Assembly (NCBI GenBank): GCA_000002445.1
Contig: CM000208.1
Location: 2,496,001-2,560,000, forward strand
DNA from: Trypanosoma brucei
Lineage: Eukaryota
Direction of reading: 5' to 3'
DNA length: 64,000 bases
Part shown: positions 36,254-52,311 of the stretch, piece after piece
Layout: each line of letters begins with the position of its first letter
Numbering within the stretch: position 1 is the stretch's first letter
Notes under the pieces: model-generated
The model's database searches: none
What the model saw: the letters and a program-made list of their open reading frames with translations, nothing else
What the model was told of the DNA's origin: nothing
Translations under genes and position numbers: made by a program

Positions 36254-36684
36254 TCAACGCACAGGTAACACGAGGGCAGCGCACGCAAGTCAAAGGGGAG
36301 AGGAAGATTATGTGACCGCACAGCAACAGCAGCAAGTGCGGGTAACAGCTGACAGCGACTTCTTTGCCATGACACGCTGCCTTGCATAGCAGTACATAGC
36401 GCCTGCGGCCACACCGATACATACACACTGTGAAATGCGCTAGCGGTGCCAAAAGCGAATGCGAATGCCTTCATGTCAGCGCGTGGACCACACGCACACA
36501 CACACACACGAAAAGAACGAAGGCAGCGGCACATTCTGGCAAACAGTGAAATCCATCACCACCACAAGGAGAGGGTATGGTGGGGGGAAAATAAAAAAGA
36601 AAAGGAATATCAATGCCTCACCTGAGGGGCACTGAGGGATCTAATGTCAAGGTGGCAAACCAAAGGTCTCCTGATGTAGGGTGT

Positions 36685-37161
<477 letters not shown>

Positions 37162-37587
37162 TCAACGCACAGGTAACACGAGGGCAGCGCACGCAAGTCA
37201 AAGGGGAGAGGAAGATTGTGTGACCGCACAGCAACAGCAGCAAGCGCGGGTAACAGCTGACAGCGACTTCTTTGCCATGACACGCTGCCTTGCATAGCAG
37301 TACATAGCGCCTGCGGCCACACCGATACATACACACTGTGAAATGCGCTAGCGGTGCCAAAAGCGAATGCGAATGCCTTCGTGTCAGCGCGTGGACCACA
37401 CGCACACACACACACACGAAAAGAACGAAGGCAGCGGCACATTCCGGCAAACAGTGAAATCCATCACCACCACAAGGAGAGGATATGGTGGGGGGAAAAT
37501 AAAAAAGGAATATCAATGCCTCACCTGAGGGGCACTGAGGGATCTAATGTCAAGGTGGCAAACCAAAGGTCTCCTGATGTAGGGTGT

Positions 37588-38064
<477 letters not shown>

Positions 38065-38495
38065 TCAACGCACAGGTAACACGAGGGCAGCGCACGCAAG
38101 TCAAAGGGGAGAGGAAGATTATGTGACCGCACAGCAACAGCAGCAGGCGCGGGTAACAGCTGACAGCGACTTCTTTGCCATGACACGCTGCCTTGCATAG
38201 CAGTACATAGCGCCTGCGGCCACACCGATACATACACACTGTGAAATGCGCTAGCGGTGCCAAAAGCGAATGCGAATGCCTTCGTGTCAGCGCGTGGACC
38301 ACACGCACACACACACACACGAAAAGAACGAAGGCAGCGGCACATTCCGGCAAACAGTGAAATCTATCACCACCACAAGGAGAGGGTATGGTGGGGGGAA
38401 AATAAAAAAGAAAAGGAATATCAATGCCTCACCTGAGGGGCACTGAGGGATCTAATGTCAAGGTGGCAAACCAAAGGTCTCCTGATGTAGGGTGT

Positions 38496-38972
<477 letters not shown>

Positions 38973-39403
38973 TCAACGCACAGGTAACACGAGGGCAGCG
39001 CACGCAAGTCAAAGGGGAGAGGAAGATTATGTGACCGCACAGCAACAGCAGCAGGGGCGGGTAACAGCTGACAGCGACTTCTTTGCCATGACACGCTGCC
39101 TTGCATAGCAGTACATAGCGCCTGCGGCCACACCGATACATACACACTGTGAAATGCGCTAGCGGTGCCAAAAGCGAATGCGAATGCCTTCGTGTCAGCG
39201 CGTGGACCACACGCACACACACACACACGAAAAGAACGAAGGCAGCGGCACATTCCGGCAAACAGTGAAATCTATCACCACCACAAGGAGAGGATATGGT
39301 GGGGGGAAAATAAAAAAGAAAAGGAATATCAATGCCTCACCTGAGGGGCACTGAGGGATCTAATGTCAAGGTGGCAAACCAAAGGTCTCCTGATGTAGGA
39401 TGT

Positions 39404-39880
<477 letters not shown>

Positions 39881-40305
39881 TCAACGCACAGGTAACACGA
39901 GGGCAGCGCACGCAAGTCAAAGGGGAGAGGAAGATTATGTGACCGCACAGCAACAGCAGCAGGCGCGGGTAACAGCTGACAGCGACTTCTTTGCCATGAC
40001 ACGCTGCCTTGCATAGCAGTACATAGCGCCTGCGGCCACACCGATACATACACACTGTGAAATGCGCTAGCGGTGCCAAAAGCGAATGCGAATGCCTTCG
40101 TGTCAGCGCGTGGACCACACGCACACACACACACACGAAAAGAACGAAGGCAGCGGCACATTCCGGCAAACAGTGAAATCTATCACCACCACAAGGAGAG
40201 GATATGGTGGGGGAAAATAAAAAAGGAATATCAATGCCTCACCTGAGGGGCACTGAGGGATCTAATGTCAAGGTGGCAAACCAAAGGTCTCCTGATGTAG
40301 GATGT

Positions 40306-40782
<477 letters not shown>

Positions 40783-41208
40783 TCAACGCACAGGTAACAC
40801 GAGGGCAGCGCACGCAAGTCAAAGGGGAGAGGAAGATTATGTGACCGCACAGCAACAGCAGCAAGCGCGGGTAACAGCTGACAGCGACTTCTTTGCCATG
40901 ACACGCTGCCTTGCATAGCAGTACATAGCGCCTGCGGCCACACCGATACATACACACTGTGAAATGCGCTAGCGGTGCCAAAAGCGAATGCGAATGCCTT
41001 CGTGTCAGCGCGTGGACCACACGCACACACACACACACGAAAAGAACGAAGGCAGCGGCACATTCCGGCAAACAGTGAAATCTATCACCACCACAAGGAG
41101 AGGGTATGGTGGGGGGAAAATAAAAAAGGAATATCAATGCCTCACCTGAGGGGCACTGAGGGATCTAATGTCAAGGTGGCAAACCAAAGGTCTCCTGATG
41201 TAGGGTGT

Positions 41209-41685
<477 letters not shown>

Positions 41686-42116
41686 TCAACGCACAGGTAA
41701 CACGAGGGCAGCGCACGCAAGTCAAAGGGGAGAGGAAGATTGTGTGACCGCACAGCAACAGCAGCAGGCGCGGGTAACAGCTGACAGCGACTTCTTTGCC
41801 ATGACACGCTGCCTTGCATAGCAGTACATAGCGCTTGCGGCCACACCGATACATACACACTGTGAAATGCGCTAGCGGTGCCAAAAGCGAATGCGAATGC
41901 CTTCGTGTCAGCGCGTGGACCACACGCACACACACACACACGAAAAGAACGAAGGCAGCGGCACATTCCGGCAAACAGTGAAATCCATCACCACCACAAG
42001 GAGAGGGTATGGTGGGGGGAAAATAAAAAAGAAAAGGAATATCAATGCCTCACCTGAGGGGCACTGAGGGATCTAATGTCAAGGTGGCAAACCAAAGGTC
42101 TCCTGATGTAGGGTGT

Positions 42117-42593
<477 letters not shown>

Positions 42594-43024
42594 TCAACGC
42601 ACAGGTAACACGAGGGCAGCGCACGCAAGTCAAAGGGGAGAGGAAGATTATGTGACCGCACAGCAACAGCAGCAAGCGCGGGTAACAGCTGACAGCGACT
42701 TCTTTGCCATGACACGCTGCCTTGCATAGCAGTACATAGCGCCTGCGGCCACACCGATACATACACACTGTGAAATGCGCTAGCGGTGCCAAAAGCGAAT
42801 GCGAATGCCTTCGTGTCAGCGCGTGGACCACACGCACACACACACACACGAAAAGAACGAAGGCAGCGGCACATTCCGGCAAACAGTGAAATCTATCACC
42901 ACCACAAGGAGAGGGTATGGTGGGGGGAAAATAAAAAAGAAAAGGAATATCAATGCCTCACCTGAGGGGCACTGAGGGATCTAATGTCAAGGTGGCAAAC
43001 CAAAGGTCTCCTGATGTAGGATGT

Positions 43025-43501
<477 letters not shown>

Positions 43502-43927
43502 TCAACGCACAGGTAACACGAGGGCAGCGCACGCAAGTCAAAGGGGAGAGGAAGATTATGTGACCGCACAGCAACAGCAGCAGGCGCGGGTAACAGCTGA
43601 CAGCGACTTCTTTGCCATGACACGCTGCCTTGCATAGCAGTACATAGCGCCTGCGGCCACACCGATACATACACACTGTGAAATGCGCTAGCGGTGCCAA
43701 AAGCGAATGCGAATGCCTTCGTGTCAGCGCGTGGACCACACGCACACACACACACACGAAAAGAACGAAGGCAGCGGCACATTCCGGCAAACAGTGAAAT
43801 CTATCACCACCACAAGGAGAGGGTATGGTGGGGGGAAAATAAAAAAGGAATATCAATGCCTCACCTGAGGGGCACTGAGGGATCTAATGTCAAGGTGGCA
43901 AACCAAAGGTCTCCTGATGTAGGGTGT

Positions 43928-44404
<477 letters not shown>

Positions 44405-44835
44405 TCAACGCACAGGTAACACGAGGGCAGCGCACGCAAGTCAAAGGGGAGAGGAAGATTATGTGACCGCACAGCAACAGCAGCAAGCGCGGGTAACAGC
44501 TGACAGCGACTTCTTTGCCATGACACGCTGCCTTGCATAGCAGTACATAGCGCCTGCGGCCACACCGATACATACACACTGTGAAATGCGCTAGCGGTGC
44601 CAAAAGCGAATGCGAATGCCTTCGTGTCAGCGCGTGGACCACACGCACACACACACACACGAAAAGAACGAAGGCAGCGGCACATTCCGGCAAACAGTGA
44701 AATCTATCACCACCACAAGGAGAGGGTATGGTGGGGGGAAAATAAAAAAGAAAAGGAATATCAATGCCTCACCTGAGGGGCACTGAGGGATCTAATGTCA
44801 AGGTGGCAAACCAAAGGTCTCCTGATGTAGGATGT

Positions 44836-45312
<477 letters not shown>

Positions 45313-45494
45313 TCAACGCACAGGTAACACGAGGGCAGCGCACGCAAGTCAAAGGGGAGAGGAAGATTATGTGACCGCACAGCAACAGCAGCAGGCGCGG
45401 GTAACAGCTGACAGCGACTTCTTTGCCATGACACGCTGCCTTGCATAGCAGTACATGGCGCCTGCGGCCACACCGATACATACACACTGTTTGA

Positions 45495-45830
45495 TTATTT
45501 TTTTTCGTTTGATTTGTTTTGCGCATCGTAATTCTTGTTTTTTTCTGCCATTACACGTAAAATGGATCCTGTTCCTGTTATGTTATGGAGTTCTGCATGC
45601 CACAGCAGGTATGTTTTGCTGTTTTTTGCGTCGCGATCGAGGCAGAAGTAAAGAACTTTCATGAGTGTGTCTTGCTGCCTTTCGTTGATTCCTTGTAGTA
45701 CGTGTTTTATTTCACTACTGCTGGTCCCTTTGGTGTGGAGTTGACTTGATACTTCTTTTACAGCCGCTGATGTTAGTTGAGAATACGTGGTTTGCTGTAT
45801 CTGATCCAGAAGTTCTTTTAATTCTTTCAT
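45495..45830 (-). CDS. ARPC5: ARP2/3 complex subunit 5 (ARPC5/p16)-like protein
   Basis: 111-aa ORF. C-terminal two-thirds (SSSEIKHVLQGINERQQDTLMKVLYFCLDRDAKNSKTYLLWHAELHNITGTGSILRVMAEKNK) aligns with the ARPC5 C-terminus ([63 protein letters not shown]). AT-rich, A-rich codon usage. Confidence 0.55.
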   Translation of the reverse strand: MKELKELLDQIQQTTYSQLTSAAVKEVSSQLHTKGTSSSEIKHVLQGINERQQDTLMKVLYFCLDRDAKNSKTYLLWHAELHNITGTGSILRVMAEKNKNYDAQNKSNEKK

Positions 45831-46116
45831 TATTTTCTTTTTCTTAATCCGTATTTGTTGTTAGAGTCGCTTCGGCCAACCTTTGTTTCTAATTTTGTTC
45901 TATCTGATATTATTTTTTTTTCTTTGAAGCCTTTTTTCTTTCCGCCGTTGGCGGCTGGGGAGACCGATAAGTTGGTTGAAGATAAGCATGTATTCTCAGG
46001 CAAGGGAGTAAATCGTGTAATTGCGGGGCGCTTTTTGTCTTCAACTGCCCCCTGCCGTTAATTAACATCTCAGTTTTTTTTGGATGGTTATCCTGAATTA
46101 TTTATTTCTGTTCTAA

Positions 46117-46476
46117 TCATATGGTTGAGCGCCAATTGTGTGGAACTAACGGCAGATTACTGTCTTTCGTAGCTTGCCACTTTTTTTTTTGTGTGTGTGT
46201 AAAATGTTTAAGGGGCACTTTAAATGTTTTCTTCCACTTGCTTTTCTTGGTAAATGAACTTAATTCCTCGTCAAGTTTGTCAGCAACTGTTAGCAACGCT
46301 TCGATCTGCGCCGCAATTACTGCTTTGGCGAAATGAACTGTTAAACCACCTTCTGTATGTGAAGGAATCCCCGTTCTTACCCAACAGAGACAAACAGTTG
46401 ATTCCTCCACATACACCGCGACAGCATCTGCCGCTATTGCCGCTACGCTCGTACCGACGATGGATGTTATTGCCAC
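46117..46476 (-). CDS. Hypothetical small protein (weak call)
   Basis: 119-aa minus-strand ORF in an AT-rich segment. Ala-rich N-terminus, basic C-terminus. No motif recognised; could be non-coding. Confidence 0.25.
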   Translation of the reverse strand: MAITSIVGTSVAAIAADAVAVYVEESTVCLCWVRTGIPSHTEGGLTVHFAKAVIAAQIEALLTVADKLDEELSSFTKKSKWKKTFKVPLKHFTHTQKKKWQATKDSNLPLVPHNWRSTI

Positions 46477-46933
46477 ACATTCACATTAGCTCGGTCACAT
46501 ATAAACACAGCAGTCCGCAGCGTTCCCTCAGTGCGCCCGCACCAAAGGTTACAAAAGCGAGACAAGATGGCCACGTGACGCCGAACGAAAACGCCCGTCA
46601 TGTCGTGCATAAAGAGCTCGTACGTTCCACACCGATGGCATCCCCGTTGGCGTTCATTCAACTCCGACCCTAATTTTAAATCCCATTACCTCCCCACTAA
46701 TACCGTAGCCACACTCGTCACTACGGTAAGCTTATGGCAATTCGATTTTTCTAAATCTATTTATTTCTTCACCCCAGTTCCTTCCCGATAACTTAACCAC
46801 TCCCAGGAACAAAAGTTCACCCCACTTATTGATGAACAACTGCCTCCCTGAGAAAACCAAGGTGCAAATCCATTTCGACCTCCTTTTTCCCTCCCACCAC
46901 TGAAGCGAAGTTAAACAGTGCACGAATGAAACC

Positions 46934-47695
46934 TCAGCTTGCCTTCTTCTTGTTGGAAACATCAGTTTGTGATGCGTCATCTGTTGCTTTCAGTGCCTTC
47001 CTGCGCTGCTGAAGCATGTAAGTGTACATTACATAGCTCCCCGCTGGATAGACAACGGCAAGTAGGAGCAAAACAGTGTAGTACCATGAGAAGGAAAAGT
47101 TAAGGCGGTTGGGAAGCTCCACCGTCCAGGGCTTTTTCTCCCTGATGTACGGCAGAGCACTTATGAAGCAAGCAATTTCGCCCGTTATACCCATTGGATA
47201 CAAGACTGTAAATGCGGAATATCGCAACCACGTAACGGGCTTTAGCTTCACGCCCGCAAGGTTTGATGCATAAAACGTGTAGCGAATCACTTCTGCCAGT
47301 GACCACGCAACAATCATTTGGGTCGCAAAGGGGCTCATGCGCGCCGCAGTGGGGCCAATCTCCAGGGCACCGTACAACACCAAAAGCCGAGAAAGCACCT
47401 GCAGAAGCGTCGTTCCAACCGGGCTACGGACAAGGCCGAACAAGGCGTGCAAAACCTCCAGCACCGCTGCACTTTGAGACACAACGAGCAGCGGAGCAAT
47501 GAGTGAGTAAACATCAGCGAAACGGCCACCGGTACTGAGGTGCTGCACTATCTTCATGAGAATTGTGGACCATCCCGCCAGCAGCACACCATTATAGGCA
47601 AGTAAATATACTTTGGAGAGCATTAGCAGCGGATGTACAAGTGTGAGAAATGTGGTGCTACAGCTGTATAATGATAATTTCAACTTAACTACCAT
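46934..47695 (-). CDS. Very-long-chain (3R)-3-hydroxyacyl-CoA dehydratase (PTPLA/HACD/Phs1 family)
   Basis: Multi-TM protein with the PTPLA signature region (VTWLRYSAFTVLYPMGITGEIACFISALPYIRE). Start trimmed to MVVKLKL ATG at 47693..47695; the longer ORF begins in a poly-T stretch. Confidence 0.75.
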   Translation of the reverse strand: MVVKLKLSLYSCSTTFLTLVHPLLMLSKVYLLAYNGVLLAGWSTILMKIVQHLSTGGRFADVYSLIAPLLVVSQSAAVLEVLHALFGLVRSPVGTTLLQVLSRLLVLYGALEIGPTAARMSPFATQMIVAWSLAEVIRYTFYASNLAGVKLKPVTWLRYSAFTVLYPMGITGEIACFISALPYIREKKPWTVELPNRLNFSFSWYYTVLLLLAVVYPAGSYVMYTYMLQQRRKALKATDDASQTDVSNKKKAS

Positions 47696-47886
47696 ACGCC
47701 CCGATGAGAGACAAAAAAAAAAAAATAGCACCATAGCGTGGCATTGATTGTCAACGCGGGTTGGTTGAGCAATCGCTGCATAGGCTCTCAACTGCGAGGA
47801 GCTGGGGCACCTCTTGGCGAGTGCCAGGTGTCAGCAAGGGAGAATGAAACATGAAAAAGTCCAATTCACGACTCCGCTGAATTCCG

Positions 47887-48777
47887 TCAACGCCTCTTTT
47901 TCGCACAACCTGTAGCTAATCCCATATCCTCTACAAGACGCTGCCAGTCATTAGCGTTTTGCGACGCCACGTTGGCGTCTTGCTGCCGTTTTGTTTCCCG
48001 CCGTACTCGCTTCCGTTCCACATTCTGCGCCCGTCGTCTCGCACGCTCTTCCGAGGTGAGCGTTGATCTCTTACGCAACTGTTGGTAAAAGCGGCCAACA
48101 CGCACGTGCGAAAGTGGTACCTCCTCAGTGACAGCGCTAGTATCACCACCCGATGGATCCCTCTTCCCAGTAGCTAACTCACCGGCGGCACCGGCACCAT
48201 CGGTTTCCCCTACCTCTTTTGTCATCTCAACTACATCGCTGAAAGTAAGAATCACAGTGTCGCTGAGTGTCAGTCTCACCACCTTCGCCGACTCGAACCT
48301 TCCGCTGCGCGGATTAACCGCATGACACGCCACACCAGAGCGCAAAGTCGTCTCTCCCTCCGCTGCCTGTGGTTGCCACACGCGCAGTTGTTCACTGTAG
48401 GTTTCCTCCTCTACGTTGTAGCCTAATATCCATGCCTTGTAGCGGACGCGCTCCAGCGCTGTTTCAGGTTGTACCACGTCAGTGATCACGCAGCTGTACC
48501 ACATGGCGTTATCAAAATGTACTTCGTAAGGCGCAACTTTACTATAGAGGATGACAGTGTTACCATCGGCGTCAACAACCTTCGTCACGTCCTTCGTTAC
48601 TTCAATCACCTCCGACGCGTTAAGAGAAGCAACCACAGTCCTCAGTTCGGCCTTCGTTTCATCAATTAGATCGTCCACCTCTTGATCTGCCTCGTTGCTC
48701 CGTTTGAGATCAAAGGCCTCTTCCAGGTTAGCCAAGAGACCCTTGTACTCCTTGAGCAAACTCTCTCGCTCCTGCAT
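47887..48777 (-). CDS. Tudor-domain-like protein (SMN/SPF30-like fold), basic C-terminus
   Basis: Segment KVAPYEVHFDNAMWYSCVITDVV..ERVRYKAWILGYNVEEETYSEQLRVW matches the Tudor pattern (C.A.WSEDG.WY.A.I......V.F.GYGN.E.V....L). N-terminal coiled-coil-like region. C-terminal R/K-rich tail (RKRVRRETKRQQ). Start trimmed to MQERESLL ATG at 48775..48777; the 74 upstream codons are Cys/Leu-rich from a gt-rich tract. Confidence 0.4.
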   Translation of the reverse strand: MQERESLLKEYKGLLANLEEAFDLKRSNEADQEVDDLIDETKAELRTVVASLNASEVIEVTKDVTKVVDADGNTVILYSKVAPYEVHFDNAMWYSCVITDVVQPETALERVRYKAWILGYNVEEETYSEQLRVWQPQAAEGETTLRSGVACHAVNPRSGRFESAKVVRLTLSDTVILTFSDVVEMTKEVGETDGAGAAGELATGKRDPSGGDTSAVTEEVPLSHVRVGRFYQQLRKRSTLTSEERARRRAQNVERKRVRRETKRQQDANVASQNANDWQRLVEDMGLATGCAKKRR

Positions 48778-49164
48778 TAGGCAGTTGCGTCTGCACGCGT
48801 GAATGGCAGCGCACCAAGCTGTTGCCGAAATCAAAACAAATACGCACAAACAGCATAGGAGATCATAAGAAGTAAAGTGGAGCAAGATGCACCAGCACAC
48901 ACACAAAGGTGAGGCGCACAAATGTATGAAGGTGGTAGAAGCAGCAGTTGAAAGACAAAAGTCTTCTAACCTAACATCGCGATAGAATGAAACGGTCAAC
49001 AGATCACCACATTAAGGGCAACGAACAGAACATTGAAAATTTTACATCTATATCCCCTACACATCCGTGCACAGCCAACCTCCCCAAGAAAGCACGGCAA
49101 TACACTTACATGGTGGGTACGAAGCCGCGAAAAAACCACCAGTACTTTCACAAAACCTTCATGT

Positions 49165-49947
49165 CTATTCGTCATCACCACCGCTGTGCTCTTGGTTGTC
49201 ACCAAGAGCCTCTTCGTAGTCACTGTTGCCTATGTTTTCATCATCGCTCTTTTCTGCATCGGCCATATCTTCATCATCACCCTCATCCTCCTCCCTTTCC
49301 TCCTCCTCCTCCTTCTCGCGGGCGGCTCGCCTCTCGCGTTCCCGTCTGAGTTCTTCTAGAGCATTGACCAATGACTCCCGTTTCTCCTCCTTCTCGTTGG
49401 CTTTCTTCACGGACGCTTCGGTGGCTCGTGCCATAACCCTCGCAGTCTCCATAGACTTGTTGCACTCGCATATCAGAGCGGCAGTCACATTGGGAAAGTC
49501 AGGAACCTCCTGTTTTATATCTACACCACTCCTAATAAGAAACTTGACAGCATCATGTGAGCGACCGAGAACCGCCCAATGAAGCGGTGCAGCGGGGTAA
49601 CTGCTTCTTTTGCTTGGTTTAAACTGAGGTCTTAGGGTACCAGCACCACAATCTTCCACACAGCGGAACGTAAAACCAAAATTCTCTTTCGTTTCTATTA
49701 CATGCAGCGTACCCGTTGTCTCTAAAAGCTTTGCCACTTTCTGGCGATGTTTCTTCTGCAAATCCATCTGTTTCAAAAGCCCAGTCATTTCTCCAACATT
49801 GTCGTCTTCTTCGTCCTCTAGTTTCTCCTCATAAGCCTCACTGGCTTCCTCCTCTGCCTCCTCGTCCCGGAGAAAGGCGGACACAAGTTGTTTCATGCGC
49901 TGCACGTCATCATAGTACGCGGCGGTGCACAGATCCCTAGGGCGCAT
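49165..49947 (-). CDS. Ankyrin-repeat protein with highly acidic C-terminal tail
   Basis: Ankyrin consensus (APLHWAVLGRSHDAVKFLIRSGVDI). Glu/Asp-rich tails (EEEEEREEDEGDDEDMADAEKSDDE). Start trimmed to MRPRDLCTAAYY ATG at 49945..49947. Confidence 0.55.
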   Translation of the reverse strand: MRPRDLCTAAYYDDVQRMKQLVSAFLRDEEAEEEASEAYEEKLEDEEDDNVGEMTGLLKQMDLQKKHRQKVAKLLETTGTLHVIETKENFGFTFRCVEDCGAGTLRPQFKPSKRSSYPAAPLHWAVLGRSHDAVKFLIRSGVDIKQEVPDFPNVTAALICECNKSMETARVMARATEASVKKANEKEEKRESLVNALEELRRERERRAAREKEEEEEREEDEGDDEDMADAEKSDDENIGNSDYEEALGDNQEHSGGDDE

Positions 49948-50196
49948 TGTGTTCCCGCTCCACTCTACTCCCACAATTCCCTTATAAGTACCACAACGAA
50001 GAAAGAAGAAATGTATAAGGCAGCCAGTTTTGAGGGGGGAAAGAATACCCAAACAAATTACCACAAAAAGTGAGCACACTCCAAGAATGCAGCTCACGTC
50101 AGGCACACACAGCAGTAATTAGAAACCAACACAGACCGCACTACTCCAAATAAAGAGTTATCTCCATGTATACGGCACCACGACACTAACTTCACC

Positions 50197-50487
50197 TCAA
50201 GCAGGAGGGGCCCGCCGCGACGCGATCGCCCGGTGTATTTCCTCCCGCGAAGAAAGGCTTTGCGCGAGCGCCTCCCGTTGCGCAAGCATCGCCTGATAAT
50301 CCGGATTGCTCTGAAGACCATCCACACCACTATAGTCCGTCACAGTGGAGTACTGTGAGAGCACCAATATCTTAAACAGGAGACCCCCGAAGAGGATCGC
50401 ACAACAAATGTATGCGTTACGCCTTGCGCCATGGAACCCGACTACTTCCTCATACACTGTGAAGGGTTTGTAATATGCACGAGGCAT
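50197..50487 (-). CDS. Possible small single-pass membrane protein (weak call)
   Basis: 96-aa ORF with one predicted TM helix (AYICCAILFGGLLFKILVL). Same strand as the polycistron. No homologue recognised. Confidence 0.3.
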   Translation of the reverse strand: MPRAYYKPFTVYEEVVGFHGARRNAYICCAILFGGLLFKILVLSQYSTVTDYSGVDGLQSNPDYQAMLAQREALAQSLSSREEIHRAIASRRAPPA

Positions 50488-50883
50488 TTCAAGTAAATTT
50501 TCCAGCGCACAGACCTTCCCCAGGTCGGAGGACTAGAAAATAAAGAGAGTGAAAAAAAAAAGATGACTGTGCTCAGTGCTCCACATCCTTAATGTTGCCA
50601 CAGGGGGTGGAGCAATAACGGAGGAAAAGAGGTTAAGAAGGTGTACTATACCACATGCAGTCACTAGTCCTGGCACAACGAAGGTCCATAGTCTGGTAAT
50701 ACGATTGCACAGTAAATAAAAACTGTGCGGCAACTGCTATGTCTCCCGCCCTCATTGTGTTGCGGCTCCCACGATAACAAACAAACGAAACAATGCATCC
50801 AACACTACAACAGACGGGTGACGTTATGCAACAACGACAGCACTAAAAAATAGGAGAACACCAAAGCGGAGTGCATACACGTC

Positions 50884-52311
50884 TCACCATTTCAAACTAT
50901 GCACCCCACCAGTATTGAGTGTAGCCTCAAATTCACGTTGACGGTCTGTGAAGGTGCAGCTCCAAAGAGATGAACCAACCTGCTTCTCAACCTCCGCGAA
51001 AGCCGCTAGCGAAAAAGGTGGCGGTCCATCCCCCACATCGCGGTTGCTGGCCACCGACGTGCCCTCCATCCCACCACGAACTTCCATTGTAGGTTGGCTT
51101 CCAGATATATAACTAATAAATGCACTTTTTGCTGCAGCAGTGGTTTCTACATGAGACTGGGTCGTCCCGTTCCGCGCCTGCCCTCCACCGTTCAAGCAGC
51201 CCTCCGGGCATGCCATGAGCTCAATGAACGTGTACGATGCAACAGAAGCTAACTTGCGTTTAATGCCACGAACAGTGTTTTGAATTTGCTGGAACCCATA
51301 CGCCACGCAGAACACCTCACCGGGGTTGCTAGGGCTCGTAGTCAAGTGATGATTGGCATTCCTCTTCATCTCGTAGTGAATATCACGTGGAGCCAACTCT
51401 AAGCCGTGTAGCTCACACGCGGCGCGGTGCATGGCGTAACGGTGGTAACCACCACTCCCTTCCATAGTCGCAGCGAATGAACGCTTCGGTTCCTCTGGGG
51501 GAAGTATCGGCAAGGGCTCCAAATCGGAATCCAGCGGCGCCTGCCACGGAAGTGAGGGGTCCACTTCAAGCATCCAATCCAGTAACTCCTGCGTGCTCAA
51601 AACAAAGTCAGTGTACCGCTCACCACTGACAGAAGATCCATCTCTTGCTGCCTCAAGCTTACGGTCAAAGCAGGGTTGTACAGACACGTGACACATCTGT
51701 GGGATAAGTGTCTTGGAGTAGCATCCTGCAATACCCTGCGGTGACATCACTGGACATAATAAGGGCAAGATCGCTGCCCCTTGCTTCTCACAATAGCATA
51801 CCCAACCGGGGCAAGCCGAAACTATTAAGGGAAGCCTCTCGCGTTCACATCTCACTCGGCGACAGTACTCCTCCGCCGTCTTCTCAACAGAGATGCGCAA
51901 TGCCCAGTGAAGATCTGAAACATAGCGAGCGTTCAAAACAGCACGAAAAAACCCGCTTACTATATGAAAAGCCCTCTGTACATCTGTTTTAAGAAAGGCT
52001 GCGATAGAAGCGGCCGATTGATCACTAATCGTTACGAAGAACGGCCTTGTGGGATCGAGCGCACGGTCCTTCAAGAGTTCCTCACGAGATTGAGAAGTGA
52101 TAAGAATGGTCTCTGCTGTTGTCACACAACCACTGCACGCCAGACAGTCTTGGAGGGTTATCTTCACTGCTTCATTACCGGCACCGTGTCTCTTAACCGA
52201 GTCATCACTTGTCCCTCCCTGAAGCTTTGTTGGGAGTATGCACGCCTCAGATGGAGCAATGTAATCCATCCCTGCCAACATGAGTGAGGCGGAGAAATTG
52301 TTGGCCGACAT
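50884..52311 (-). CDS. NAR1: Cytosolic Fe-S cluster assembly factor NARFL/Nar1 (Fe-hydrogenase-like)
   Basis: ITLQDCLACSGCVTTAETILITSQS (Nar1 N-terminal Cys motif), SACPGWVCYCEKQ, and MCHVSVQPCFDRKLEA typical of the [FeFe]-hydrogenase-like fold. Start trimmed to MSANNFSASL ATG at 52309..52311. Confidence 0.8.
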   Translation of the reverse strand: MSANNFSASLMLAGMDYIAPSEACILPTKLQGGTSDDSVKRHGAGNEAVKITLQDCLACSGCVTTAETILITSQSREELLKDRALDPTRPFFVTISDQSAASIAAFLKTDVQRAFHIVSGFFRAVLNARYVSDLHWALRISVEKTAEEYCRRVRCERERLPLIVSACPGWVCYCEKQGAAILPLLCPVMSPQGIAGCYSKTLIPQMCHVSVQPCFDRKLEAARDGSSVSGERYTDFVLSTQELLDWMLEVDPSLPWQAPLDSDLEPLPILPPEEPKRSFAATMEGSGGYHRYAMHRAACELHGLELAPRDIHYEMKRNANHHLTTSPSNPGEVFCVAYGFQQIQNTVRGIKRKLASVASYTFIELMACPEGCLNGGGQARNGTTQSHVETTAAAKSAFISYISGSQPTMEVRGGMEGTSVASNRDVGDGPPPFSLAAFAEVEKQVGSSLWSCTFTDRQREFEATLNTGGVHSLKW

